64,000 bases of DNA, from positions 32,922,001 through 32,986,000 of the forward strand of contig OX597822.1 of NCBI GenBank assembly GCA_951406725.2, given 5' to 3'. Made by a program: the position numbers and the translations under genes. A model generated the notes under the pieces. The model searched no databases and was not told where the DNA came from. It was given only the letters and a program-made list of their open reading frames with translations. The DNA comes from Octopus vulgaris. Taxonomy: Eukaryota. Within the stretch, counting starts at the first letter, position 1. The number at the start of each line of letters is the position of its first letter. Shown piece after piece: positions 37,831-50,972 of the stretch.

Positions 37831-38631
37831 TGGCATGCTATTTAGCCGGCTATTGCAACATTTATGGATATAGATCTTTTCACTAATTGCGGCCTGGTTA
37901 TCAGCGAATCATAAAAAAATAATGTTGGTATTCTAGATGCTGATACAATTCTCAGCAACGAAAGTATCGTATTTCTATTTCAAACATAGAATTTAGAGTA
38001 CTATTTGAATCAAATGATATATTCCGTTCTTATGGGTGGAAAATTTTAGTTATTTTCTTCAGATTCATTCTATTTATATAAAGTTTATGCAATAAATCAT
38101 ATATTATTTCGTAATTTTGAAGTAATATCATATCTATAATCTCTTTGAGCAATATTTATTTTTTCCTGCTAAAATGCATTGCAAAAGTTAGACTGTTTAA
38201 ACTTTAAACATTGGAATTCCATCAGGCATATTTGAAACAAAAATATTTGTAATATTTCTAATACTTTAAAATATAGAATAATCAATAATAACGTCTTGAA
38301 AGTATTAAGTCGAAATTAATTTAAAAGAATGAAAAATGGCTTCTTTTTTTAATAATAATGATGGTGAAATTTAATTTGTGTGTGTATGCACCTACTGATA
38401 TGCATATAATATGTGAACCTACTGATGTATATAAGAGTAAATTAATTAAATTTTTTATCGGTAATTTCGATAGTTCCACCTGTTGCTCTTCTATGTACCT
38501 GAGGTGTGTGTAACATAGCGTTCTTATATTTCTGGTGATTGGGGGAGTACTGCATTAGTTTGTTTTGTTATGGGATTTGTTTTCTTGATTCTTGTTAAAT
38601 AGTAGTAGTAGTAGCAGTAGTAGTAGTAGTA

Positions 38632-38730
38632 TGGCGGGAAGCTGGCAGAATCGTTATCACGCCGGACAAAGTGCTTAGCAGTATTTCGTCCATCTTTACT
38701 TTCTGAGTTCCAATTCTGCCGCGGTCGAAT
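38632..38730 (+). mobile_element. SINE family C head
   Basis: GGCGGGAAGCTGGCAGAATCGTTA..TTCTGAGTTCCAATTCTGCC. Confidence 0.65.
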
Positions 38731-40952
38731 TAACGTTGATTTTCATATCTGAACACCTCTAGGATGGTTCGAGAAACATAAGTGTTTTGTTTTTTTTTCG
38801 TGATAAGAGGTTTATTTATTTTCGTTGAAAGAATGCTGTGAGGGGTGAGTAATGATTTGACACTTCACATGACAAGGTGTCGCCTATTCAAAGGGATGAA
38901 GCGACTCTTACGAGTGCTTTATCTGTCTACCGTAGTAATGTGAAAGGAAAAGAGGGATTTGAACTCAGCACGCTGAGTGCAGAGTAAAATAGTGGAAGGC
39001 ATATTATCCCACGCTTTAACTATTCTCATCACACCGCTTTACATACATATATAAAGGGAACAATTGACACAGCTGCTAACGCTCTTGACAGATATTTTAT
39101 AATGAGCATATCATCTCTCCGCACTCTTAGTTCAATTTCCGTCGAGTTCAACGTTGCATTTTATCCTTTCGGAGTCGGCAACTAAAGTAGTAGCCGTGTG
39201 CTCGAATCGATTCCTGTATTTCTCTTTGTCTGTTTTTATCCTCTTTTGGAAAAAAAAACCCAGCTACGGTCAGACCTGTAAAATGATGAGCTTCGCTGCA
39301 ACTAAAAACCTCACGACACGCCGTATGCCACGAGAGCAACTCAAATTAGGCTTTGTCTGACCCCAAGATATAAACATATCTATGATTATAAGTTTCGTCG
39401 AAGGGCTCTGCCAGACAGTATACTGTACGCTCTTTTGCAAGTATATTTTTAAAGTTTTTTTATTTTAATGTTTTATGACAGACGTAATAACCACTTCGAT
39501 ATAGTGGTGTACAGATTTTCCCTGTGTTTATATATCGTCATGTTATTGGTACGTTATCACTAAATATTCAATTTTATGTTATATTTATATCAATGTATTT
39601 ATATATTTATTTATTCATATAAGTTCCCTGATTACAAGTGGAATACATTATACGTTATATATACGTGAATGAAAGCGGGCTTATATTTGCATGTTGTTGC
39701 ATATATTTTTTATACAAAAAAGCATGCTTTGTATTAACTCAAACATACACATACTTTATATATAAATACATACCTGAGTGTGCACGTGTATATGTAAACT
39801 TACGCATATGTATGTGGATATGGGTATGCGTGTTTGAGTGTTTATGTGTGTGCATGTATGTGTAGGTATATCTTATTACAAGTGTGTTTGTTTTCTTTTA
39901 GTTCTCTTTTCTTACCACTTTAGAATCATAATCATTATTGTTTCCAGTATCTCGGCTATTAGTGCAACGATCGAAAAGTATACATACATACATACATACA
40001 TACATACATACATACATACATACATACATGCATACATACATACATACAGAGATAGATATATAAATAGACATTCATACATATATATACATTGGTAGATATA
40101 GAGACAGAGAAACGCACACACACATTTAGATATGCATACTCACAATCATACATACAAACATTTATACTGTTGTAGGGAATTAGTAATAACGGTACACCAC
40201 ACCCACATGAATAGAATGCGAGTCACTATAAGTAAGGTGACGTCTGACAGTATCGGGTGAGTATGTGTAGACCGTGTTGATAGTCGTGACTGAACTGATA
40301 TAGTAATTATATTGTGATACTAAGTGGACATTAAATCGATCCAGACTTTTGAGGATAACACTGTACAATTGGGAGACGTACAGTGCAAGAAGAGTTTAAA
40401 ATATAACAGTATCTATCGAAGAGTTTAAAATATAACAGTATCTGTCAGAGAGACAACCGTTTTACAAAATCAGATACAGCAGTGGCAAAAGACCGCATTA
40501 TAATATATACAAACAATCATGCATACGTACATAAATGCATACATACATGCATGCATATATACATTCATACATGCATACATACATACATACGTTCGTACGT
40601 GCGTATGTTTTTAACTGTGCGTTTATGTCATTTACGTTATTAATATTATTCAGTATAAGTTACACGTTTTCAGTTATATTACATAGGAACTGTAATATAT
40701 TTCTTCATTTCATGAGATTTTTTAATTCTCTTTCTGATGCATTCCCCTCAAGCTACCATACACCATCAGAACCAATTATAACATTTCTCTTTGAAACATT
40801 TTATTTTGCTTTTATAATTTAATTAAACGGCATAGAATGCATTTTTCACAGATGTACACATATTGAAATGTCAAATGTGGCCAGATCTAAATTTAATAAT
40901 AGTAGCAACTACGTTATGTAAATTACTTACACAACTATATATATATATATTC

Positions 40953-41130
40953 GTTTCAAGTTTTGGCACAAGGGTCTGAAATTTCAAGGGGGAAGGGTAA
41001 GCAGATTATGCCGAGAGGATGAAAGGCAAATTCAATTTGGGTGGTATTTGAGCACAGAACGTAAGGACGGACGAAATGCTTCCATGCCTTTTACCCGGCA
41101 GGCTAACGATTCTGCCGGCCCCTCCCCGCC
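40953..41130 (-). mobile_element. SINE family C copy (a further diverged + strand copy lies at ~41320-41510)
   Basis: GGATGAAAGGCAAA..AGAACGTAA..GACGAAATGC..GCTAACGATTCTGCC matches the family C reverse complement. Confidence 0.6.
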
Positions 41131-42568
41131 TTTACACAACAATATATATTGGCTGGGATAATTGTGTCTGATTTAGCAACAAAAGCGACAATGGTGAGAG
41201 AAGTGCAAAAACCAACAACATCATCGCCTTCCCAATGATGATAAGCAAATCAGTTGGAATAATAAAAATTACATAAACTTGAAATATATTTTCAATTTTA
41301 TACTTGAACTATTTCTAAAGCGGCACACCGGCAGAATCGCCACTGCACCACACAAAATGCTTAGCGGCCATTTTTATGGGGTCTTTGTTTTGAGTTCAAA
41401 TCTCACTGACGTCGACTTTCCCATTCAGCCTTTCGGGGAGGATAAAGTAAACCTCAGTTTCGCATTAGGGTCGATAAAGTCAGTATTCTCCTTCCCTCAA
41501 AATTTCTGGCCATATTCAAAAGAATATTTTGATTATTACAACTTTGCGGCTCTTTCTTACAACCAGGTATTATTCACAACAAATCGATGCGAAAACGATA
41601 TCATGAACCTGGCCTTGAAGTTAAATTAGAACAACTGAGGCTACCAGACTTTTTCTTTTATTTCCATATTTCATTACAACTCAGAAAATATTCTTCGCAA
41701 TTTTCTCCTCTACTAATTGCTTTATAAAAGCTACCTTTGTGAGGATCTTATTTTTTAATTCTTTACAACAGAACATAACCAAGAATTAATTCCTTCCATG
41801 GCCACAAGGTGCAGTCACAATAGATTAAAAATTGTGTTGAAAATAGCCTAAAGCATGATATTTTGTATATACGAGCAGCTTACTTCAAGCGGTACCTTCC
41901 TTTCTTATATTATTTTAACTTAAAATTGCAGGCACAATTTTGTGAGTGCCTGTGTATGTGTGTGTGTGTGGGGGGGTGTATCGATGTATGTATATTATTC
42001 CGGATACCTGTGTTTATATTTGTGTATGCATTTAAGTATGCCTGCGTGGATACACACCTGTGAATGTAAGTGTGCATTTAGGTTTTATCGCGTGTGTAAT
42101 GATGAGTATGTATGTGCGTGTGTAAAGATAATTTGGAACAATATTGCAATAGTTTGAACTTTTAATGACTCAATAATTTCATTAATAGTTCAATTCTAAA
42201 TTACTGATGTCTTTTGTCTCTGAGTAAACCTGTACGTTTAGAGGGAAGATTTATGATTCGTTGAATTTGCTTAACTCGGTTACCATTATTCAAATTGTTT
42301 ATCCAGGCATTACAATTGCTATTCGTATCGACGCAATCTACCCTACGTCATTTATCATAATACAGATGAGAGTTAATAGGAGAGAAAAATCCTAGTGAAG
42401 TTATCTGAAATTTATGTTAATAATGGATGAAGGCACTAGGTAGGTATTATTAAGAAATTTAGACAGCAACTTTCTCTTTCTTGATAAACAACTTCTGCAT
42501 AAATTCTTCAGATAGATAGACAGACAGAGAAACAGATAGCTAGCTAGCTAGATAGATAGATGCCTATA

Positions 42569-42633
<65 letters not shown>

Positions 42634-42761
42634 GTATATTAATATAAAAATACACACACATGTACATACATATATATATATATATATACATATACATGAC
42701 TTATATATACATATATATATTGTGTGCGTGTGTGTCCATGTGTGTGCGCACGAATAGATAG

Positions 42762-42827
<66 letters not shown>

Positions 42828-42968
42828 CCATATGTATACATAAACATCCACACAGATATGTTCAAGCAAATGTATGTATATACATGATTTATATATATGT
42901 GTATATGTATTGTGTGCGCGTGTGGTTTCGTGTGTGCATGCGTGTGTGTGTATGCGCGTGTATGTGTG

Positions 42969-43008
<40 letters not shown>

Positions 43009-43415
43009 CAAACACTTGGATATATTTCTTTTCCTTGCGGCAAAATGCATTTGGATTTAGGTTTGTTTCTTTTAGTTTCCCTTCTTATCGGATAATTTAT
43101 AGCCGTGGCGTATCCAAAACGATTGTACATTTTTATAATTCTTTCGATTTTGAATTTTCCCAATTGTTATATACTGATCTCTAACGTTTAAATAAACGCA
43201 TAAATATGTTTCCAGTTGTGCTATTGTTGTTACTATTTATCTTCTGATAGTTTCGTTTTTGTTGCTGCCTTCGTTGGTGATGTCGTCGTTGTTCTAGTTG
43301 TTCTTGTTGTTTTCTTACTGCTACAAACATATGCCCCAAAAACGTCCAATCAAAAATATAAGGTCCTTTTAGATGTAGCCAACATTATATTCCCTAAGGA
43401 GATCTTATTTTATCT

Positions 43416-43806
43416 AGGAGTGGCTGTCTGGTAAGTAGCTTGCTAACCAACCACATGGTTCCGGGTTCAGTCCCACCGCGTAGCATCTTGGGCAAGTGTC
43501 TTCTGCTATAGCCCCGGGCCGACCAATGCCTTGTGAGTGGATTTGGTAGACGGAAATTGAAAGAAGCCTGTCGTATATATGTATATATATATATATATGT
43601 ATGTGTGTGTTTGTGTGTCTGTGTTTGTCCCCCTCGCATTGCTTCACAACCGATGCTGGTGTGTTTAGGTCCCCGTCACTTAGTAGTTTGGCAAAATAGA
43701 CCGATAGAATAGGTCCCAGGGTCGATTTGATCGACTAAAGGCGGTGCTCCAGCAAGGCCGCAGTCAAATGACTGAAACAAGTAAAAGAGTAAAGAGTAAA
43801 GAGTAA
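43416..43806 (+). mobile_element. tRNA-derived SINE family B, full length
   Basis: Head AGGAGTGGCTGTCTGGTAAG..CCGGGTTCAGTCCC, a CORE-like CTTGGGCAAGT, an internal (TA)/(TG) tract and a (TAAAGAG)n tail. Confidence 0.85.
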
Positions 43807-43935
43807 GGGTTGAGGGAGATTTAGCTGCTTATTCTAGCACAATATACCAGTTAACATAAACGGTCTTCGAGAGATTTCTGTTTTTAATGCAATCAAAGTT
43901 ATTCTTCCAAGCAGTTCTTCCTAGAAATGCTCATA

Positions 43936-45177
43936 CCAGGTTATCCCATATGTAATGTCCGAATCTCTATGTTTTCAATTTGTAAACGCTTTAACAGTAT
44001 TATAGAATATCTAATGGCATCAAGTAATATTTTTTTATGTATTTGGACATATTTAAGCTAAATTTCATCTTGTAGGATAAGCTAGTTGAAATTTCACTGA
44101 TTATAGCTGTCCAAATATGGAAGTGTCTAAGGAACATTTGAGCTACTTACTGCTTTATGTATTTAAAAAAAGGAACTCTGCAGATGAAGTAACTCGAAAT
44201 ATTCACTCACCTGATGGAGAAGATTGCCTGAATGAAAGAACTTGCAGAAGATGGTTTGTGAAATTCAGAAGTGGAGATTTCACCTATGAAGTGGAGGCCC
44301 GAACAAGATGTCCAGTTGAGGTTGGTGACAAGATCCTTTTGTTAGAACTTGAAAAAGATCATGTAGCTACAGTTGAAGAATCGGCAAGCAATCTTCGTTG
44401 AGGCCATACAACTCTTTACTACCATCTTCAACAGTTTCAAAATATCCCAAAACTCGGAAAATGGGTGCCTCATGATTTTTCCGAAGCCAACCGCAAATTC
44501 CGAGTAGATGTGTGCTATTCTCTTCGTTCTCTTGAATTCATTTCACCCGTTATGGGCAGACTGGTGACCGATGAGGAAAAATGGGTCTTCAACAATTTGC
44601 TAAGCGTCGTAAACAATGGATTGGTGAAGGGGAAAAGGCCCAACCAAAACTGGAAATGGAACTCCATCCGAAGGTTCTTCTCTCTGTTTGGTGGGATTGC
44701 AAAGGTGTCATCCACTTTGAGTTGCCACCAACTAATGCAACATCCAATTCTCAAATCTACTGTTAGCAATTAGAGCAATGAATGCTGCTTTGAAGGGAAA
44801 AAGGTCTGCCTTAGTGAATCGAAAGGGAGCGGTGTTTCATGAGGATAATGCAAGACAACGCACTGCAGAGATCACGTCAAAGGAGATCGAGAAACTTGGC
44901 TGGGAGAAAACTGCTTATATGCCTTATTGCCCGGATCTTGCTCCTTCAGATTACTATTTGTTCTGTAGTTTACAGAATCATTTGGACTGAGTAACTCTGA
45001 AAACAACTGAGAGATTCGAAACTGACCTCTCTGAGTTCTCTTCAAAACCGAAAGAGCTTTTCACTAATGGGATTTAAAAGATGCAAAGCTATAGATAATC
45101 GTGGAAACTATACTGACTATAAAGTTTCATTAAAATGTAAGATTTAATATCGGAACATTACTTCTGGGTTGACCTGA
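43936..45177 (+). mobile_element. Full-length decayed mariner transposon (~1.24 kb)
   Basis: TA-flanked TIRs CCAGGTTATCCCATATGTAATGTCCGA / TCGGAACATTACTTCTGGGTTGACCTGA. The transposase starts at 44117 and has WVPHDF, VTDEEKW, WWDCKG, HEDNAR and PYCPDLAPSDY, with several stops and frameshifts. Confidence 0.95.
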
Positions 45178-45549
45178 TACATATCAAATCAACATGGAGA
45201 CAATAGTATATTTTCTATATAATTATTCGAATTCTTTTGTATCATGTTGAAAATTAAATTATTATCAGCATTATCCTTATTATTATTGTTGTTTTTGTTG
45301 TTGTTATTATTAGTATTTGTATTAGTATTCCTGTACAAATCAGATTAGATTGCTGAAAATTTCCCAACATCGGGCTAAAACAAGTAACCTTATATGCCAA
45401 GAACCCTTCTGAGTTATTCCCTCAGTTCATCCCATAAGTAATATATCAAGGTTTTTGTGCATTCTCTTCTATCACATCTGTTTTATTTTAAATATTCCTA
45501 GTCCTTACACACACACAAACACGCACACATTACTCACATACTCATGTCT

Positions 45550-45708
45550 ACTGCATATGCATATATGTATGTGTGTGTATATGTATACATATATATATGT
45601 GTACATATGTATACATATATATATGTGTGTGTATATGTATACATATAAACATATCTATCTATCTATATATATATATATATAGAGAGAGAGAGATAGATAG
45701 ATAGATAG

Positions 45709-45750
<42 letters not shown>

Positions 45751-45823
45751 GTATATGTATATACATATATATATACATATATATATATACATATATATAT
45801 ACATATATACATATATATATATA

Positions 45824-45885
<62 letters not shown>

Positions 45886-45935
45886 CATATACATATATAC
45901 ATATACATATATACATACATATGCATACATACATA
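45550..45935. repeat. Compound (TA)n microsatellite
   Basis: Direct inspection. Confidence 0.95.
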
Positions 45936-46082
45936 CGCCTGCCCCTTCTACTTATATACAATATATACTGAACTTCACAGAAGTTCCTGCCACTAATGGT
46001 TATATTTACATACCGAAGTCTACCAGGAAATAATTGTTGTTTTTTTTTAAAAACCATCAAAGAAATTATTTACCCTTATTAT

Positions 46083-46139
<57 letters not shown>

Positions 46140-46180
46140 GAGGAATTTATATATGTATAGTTTAGGACAATCAGTAAGTT

Positions 46181-46251
46181 GTCATAACAGGGCTCAGTGT
46201 TTCAAATGTCGGGGCTAAAATCTACGATGCATTCTCGTCGGCTATTATGAC
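46181..46251 (-). ncRNA. Type I hammerhead-like motif (CCGACGA core)
   Basis: Minus strand: stem I GUCAUAAUAG/CUGUUAUGAC (10 bp incl. G-U), CCGACGA, stem II GAAUG/CAUUU, GAAAC-ACUGA-GCC (GUC mutated). Confidence 0.6.
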
Positions 46252-46285
46252 GACAGACGCTTTTATGACAATAGCGCCTATTGTC

Positions 46286-46348
46286 GTAATAGCCGATGAG
46301 AATGCATCATTACTCTTACTCCGGCATTGAGACTCTGAGTCCTATTAC
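46286..46348 (+). ncRNA. Type I hammerhead-like motif (CCGAUGA core)
   Basis: Stem I GUAAUAG/CUAUUAC, CCGAUGA (46293-46299), stem II AAUGC/GCAUU, GAGAC (GAAAC mutated), UCUGA, GUC site (46339-46341). Confidence 0.6.
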
Positions 46349-46425
46349 AACTTACTGATTTTCCTAAACTACACATACAGACACACACGTACACGGATAT
46401 ATATATGTATGTATATGTATGTATG

Positions 46426-46457
<32 letters not shown>

Positions 46458-47380
46458 TGTATGTATGTATGTATGTATGTATGTATGTATGTATGTGTGT
46501 AAAGAGTCACAGACTGAGCAAGAGACTGTTTAGTTTGTATTTTTACATCTATGCGTTCAGCGATATATGAGTCCGTGCGTGGATGTATCTATATGTATGT
46601 GTGACGTACAAATTAAATGAGATAGCATATATATTTATGTATGAGTGTATGGATATTGTTTTCGTTAGGCTTTATTAAATTATCCTAATGTTGCTTTCGG
46701 TATTTTTTCATCCCATCTTATCAGTTTGTTGCATAACTGCACAGTTACAGTTCTTTTCTGTTGAAATATTGAAATGATTGGAGAGGAAATAATGACCCGT
46801 CAGCTAGTCGCATATCTCCAGTATGTGTGTAAATACGACTGCGGAGATGCAGAGGAATGAGAGTCAGAGAGAAAACAATCACTAACACACGGATTCTTTT
46901 ATATTTTTTCTTCAACTCCGATTCTAAAATCCCCAACGATGGACAGGGGTGCAAATGTTCATGAGATTTATGTTACAACACGAGGAAATAATATGCAATA
47001 CTCGTGCAAAATAATCGAAGATGAAGGATACGAATAAATGTGTTTATTTCAAAGCTTGCCCTTGGAGCCAGCCAGAAAAGATTATACGATGTATCGCACT
47101 CACAGCTATTTATAATGAATATATAGAAGTTCCTTGTATTCAATGGGTTCTTTTCTCTTGCAAGTGATAAGAAATAATTCGGTTAATTAAGAGGGTTGAT
47201 TGATGATTCATCTCAGTTCAGAGCTGGAACGTCACAACTTGTGGTGTAGAGGTGATTTTAAGCTTCCAGATGAAGAATCGGTTGTCAGTAAGCTGTTTCA
47301 TTTCCTGCGTTGTATACATCGCTAAGATATCTTGTAATAACTCTATATATCTGTAAGTAATAGTGAGTTACTTATACATA

Positions 47381-47878
47381 ACGTAAATATTCGAGTATAG
47401 TCCGCCCTTGAGTATAAGACACAAGGGATTTTTAGGGGGCTGTACCTCTGAAAAAACTTAAACCTTGTGTATAATACGCACCCCTTCTCAAAGGTCTATA
47501 TCGTCCTTGGTTTTGTAAGAATGTATACGCTAACGCCCTTTATTATTATTGTATATATAACATAATGTAAACGTGTAGCTCTTTTGAGCATTTTGTTTGC
47601 AGACGATAAAGAAATAACGGTAATAACGTTTAATGAATGTTGCTTACTGCAAGTTATGGATGATTCTTTTATGACTTCATTGCTTTCAGGCTTAGCTTAA
47701 TGTATTTTCACACCCAACATCACAAAATGCGTCTGAATAAACATTGCCGGACAGCAAATAGAGCCTCGGACATTGCTTAGAAAATAATTTTCACTTTTAA
47801 CCTTGCATACAGTGCGCACTAGGGATTTTGACCGTTAAATTTTGGGAAAAAATGTGGATTATACTCGAGGATTTAAGG
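47381..47878. mobile_element. pogo/Tigger-type MITE (~500 bp)
   Basis: TA-flanked imperfect TIRs ACGTAAATATTCGAGTATAGTCCGC / GTGGATTATACTCGAGGATTTAAGG. Confidence 0.75.
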
Positions 47879-49124
47879 TATTGTATATATTTTCGTGTAC
47901 AGAAGTCAATACCCAAAATATTTATGATGAATTGTAGAACCAGTGACAAAATATGAATTAACTACCACCCGAATAATACCTCATAACCTGACGATTTTAC
48001 AATCACTGGCTGAATATCGTGTGGTACATATTCTATATATATTCTTGTATGATTTTCCTAGTAATGACAAATTTGTATCATTATCATTGTTTTTTTTTTT
48101 TTCAGAATTGCTTGTTTAATTAACGTTAAAATGAAAAATAGATGTAATTACATTTTTTGGAACGGTGGATGTCGAAGCACAATACCTTATAAATGATATT
48201 TACGTGATTCAAGAACTATCGTTCCTTAATACAATTATTTCACACTTGCCCGAAAGTTCATACAATTCTTATGACGTCAACATGCCTGCATTCATTATGT
48301 TCGTAGGCTAAAACAAACTGTTATTGCTGCTGTTGTTATTATTGCTCTTGGTGATGATGATGATAATGATGATGACGACGACGACAACGATGACGATGAC
48401 GATTATGATGATGATGATGATGATGATTTTGTTCTTTTTTCCTCACCATCCATCCATCAAACCTGCTCGAACAGCCCTATGACCATGTGCATTCCTAGCC
48501 GTGATAACCAGTCTTTCCTCTTTTCACTCAACGTACTACGTAATCCGATATATTTTATTAATCCGGTATAGTGTCATTTGAAGTAAAAGTATTTCGCAAC
48601 TATTTCTAGCAAGTTACATGATCGGTTCTGTTTCACTCCAAGAGATACGGATTGGAATAATTCAAATCCTAACAAAAATTAGAGAAAAATCGAAATGTTA
48701 CAGCAATAAGTAAAACAAAAACAAATTCAGGGGAAAATTTATTAGTATACATGCGTCTATATAGATAAAAGCTTAAATGATAAATTGAAACTATGTGTTA
48801 AATCAGTATTATTTAAACATTCACCAAATATCCAAATGCACAGCACCATTATGAATGCAAAAGTAGCAAACTAATGCAACAATGGATCTGAAATGCAATT
48901 GTGCATTGAACAATAGCGGAAATGATTTATTGTAAATAGATATTTGAAGCCGGTGCCATTTTCTTACACGTTTACAATTTATTACGTTGCTACCTTCTAT
49001 GAGAATAGACATAGCGTCAGGAAAAGTAAAGAGGAAATAAAATTGCTTCTGAAGCCTACGATAAAGTTTCATTCAGCCACGAAGTAAACGCTACCATCAT
49101 ATCCACCATTTCCACTTCCACATC

Positions 49125-49298
49125 GGCCACTACCACCACATTCACAACCACAACCACTGTATATACCACAACCACCACCACCACCACCACCACAACCACC
49201 ACCACCACCACCACCACCACAACCACCACCACAACCACCACCACCACATCTACTACCAACTCTTCTGCAATATCACCAACAATAGCAATTATTATTAA

Positions 49299-49352
<54 letters not shown>

Positions 49353-49409
49353 CATCATCATCATCATCATTGTTATTATTATTGTCAATATTATTATTAT
49401 TATTATTAC

Positions 49410-49445
<36 letters not shown>

Positions 49446-49466
49446 CATCATCATCATCATCATCAT
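49125..49466. repeat. (ACC)n, (ATT)n and (ATC)n trinucleotide tracts
   Basis: Direct inspection. Confidence 0.95.
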
Positions 49467-49471
49467 AGCCA

Positions 49472-50250
49472 AGGCAAGGAGCTGGCAGAATTGTTAGCAT
49501 GCCGGGCAAAATACTTAGTGTCGTTTCGTCCGTCTTCACGTTCTACGTACAAATTCCGGGTCGAGTTCGACTTTATCTTTCGGGGTCGATAAAATTAATA
49601 CCAGTTAAACACAGGGATCAATGTAATCGACTTACCCCTTCCCTAAAATTGCTGGCCTGGTGCCAAAATATGAAACCATTAGAATCAAGACAGTGAGCTG
49701 GCAGAATCGCTACCCCGCCGATCAATATGCATAGCAACATTTCGATCTTCTTTATGTTGAGTTCAAATTCCCCTGAGGTTGATTTCTATCTTTTCGAGAT
49801 TGATACAATAAGTACCAGTTGAACACAGAGGTCGATATAATAAACCAGACGCCTTCTCCCAAACTGCTACTCTTGTACTTATAATAAAAAAGATTAGTAA
49901 TATTATTGTCCATCTTTACGTTGTGTGTTAAAATTCCGCCTTGGTCAACTTTACATTTTATCCTTTCCCGGTCGATGAAATAAGAACCAATCATGTACTG
50001 AGATCGATGTAATAGACTAGCCCCCTCCGCACAAAATATCAGGATTTCTGCCTAAAACAGAAAGTACTATTAATGTTGATTCTAATTTTGAAAATGGCAA
50101 GATGGCAGACTCGTTAGAGCGCCGAACAAAATGCTTAGCGGCGTTCCTTCCGACAGTTTACATTCTAATTTCAAATTCGGCTGAGTTCGACATTGCTTTC
50201 ATACTTTCTGAGGTTGAGGTAAACGACTTGCCTCCTTCACCGGAAGATTG
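49472..50250 (+). mobile_element. Cluster of about four head-to-tail, diverged SINE family C copies
   Basis: Heads at ~49472 (GGAGCTGGCAGAAT), ~49694 (GAGCTGGCAGAATC) and ~50095 (GGCAAGATGGCAGAC), plus a partial copy at ~49905. Confidence 0.65.
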
Positions 50251-50427
50251 CGGGACTTGTGGCTATATTACTAAGGAATGTCTGTAATTTAACACAATGT
50301 CATCAATTTTGAGAGATTGTGTTTAGTCGATCAGAAAGACATCAGCACTGGCCTATAGCTTTCTGTAAACCGTGCCCAGATATTTCAAAGGCTAGGTTGA
50401 CCTTGGTTAGAATGTGAAGGACGCAAA

Positions 50428-50431
50428 TAAC

Positions 50432-50479
<48 letters not shown>

Positions 50480-50972
50480 AAGAAGAAGAAGAAGAAGAAG
50501 AAGAAGAAGAAGAAGAAGAAGAAGAAGAAGAAGAAGAAGAAGATTAAAGGAACTAAAAATTATGTAAGAATGATCCCTGGTGTATGATCCATGCGGGAAG
50601 GGCAAAAGATTATCTTAACTGGTAATTCACATGTTTTGTGAAGAGCACTGTCGCTGTAAATTGTTTTTCCTTTCCCCGCCACTTTATTTTATTTGTTTAA
50701 TTCTTATTTTTTATCTTGTATTTTTTGTCTTTTCCTTTCTTCCTCGTTTTCTCTATTACACGACTTTGTAAATGAACAATCTGGTGTATTTATTTTAAAT
50801 GGCCTACCATTGTACACAGTGCGTTTCTATGCCCTGTGTGTCAGGAAGGCACTCGGCAAGAAATGGAAACAAAATTGAAAGAACTTAATGAGAAGAAGAA
50901 GAAGAAGAAGAAGAAGAAGAAGAAGAAGAAGAAGAAGAAGAAGAAGAAGAAGAAGAAGAAGAAGAAGAAGAG
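50428..50972. repeat. (AAT)n-(GAA)n tract at 50428-50542 and (GAA)n tract at 50891-50972
   Basis: Direct inspection. Confidence 0.95.

Larger units (their letters stand above)
46153..46376. mobile_element. Palindromic microsatellite-flanked element with two opposed hammerhead-like motifs
   Basis: Arms ATGTATAGTTTAGGACAATCAGTAAGTTG.. / ..CAACTTACTGATTTTCCTAAACTACACAT, with the centre at ~46260-46275. Confidence 0.8.

Noticed and set aside
44117-44990. Domesticated SETMAR-like or active transposase gene
   Set aside because: Multiple stops and frameshifts, and both TIRs are present. It is an ordinary dead mariner copy.
49056-49539. Poly-M/I/V and poly-D/N ORFs (also 50342-50605, 50841-51056 and 61611-62087)
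   Set aside because: Trinucleotide repeat tracts, not membrane or acidic proteins.
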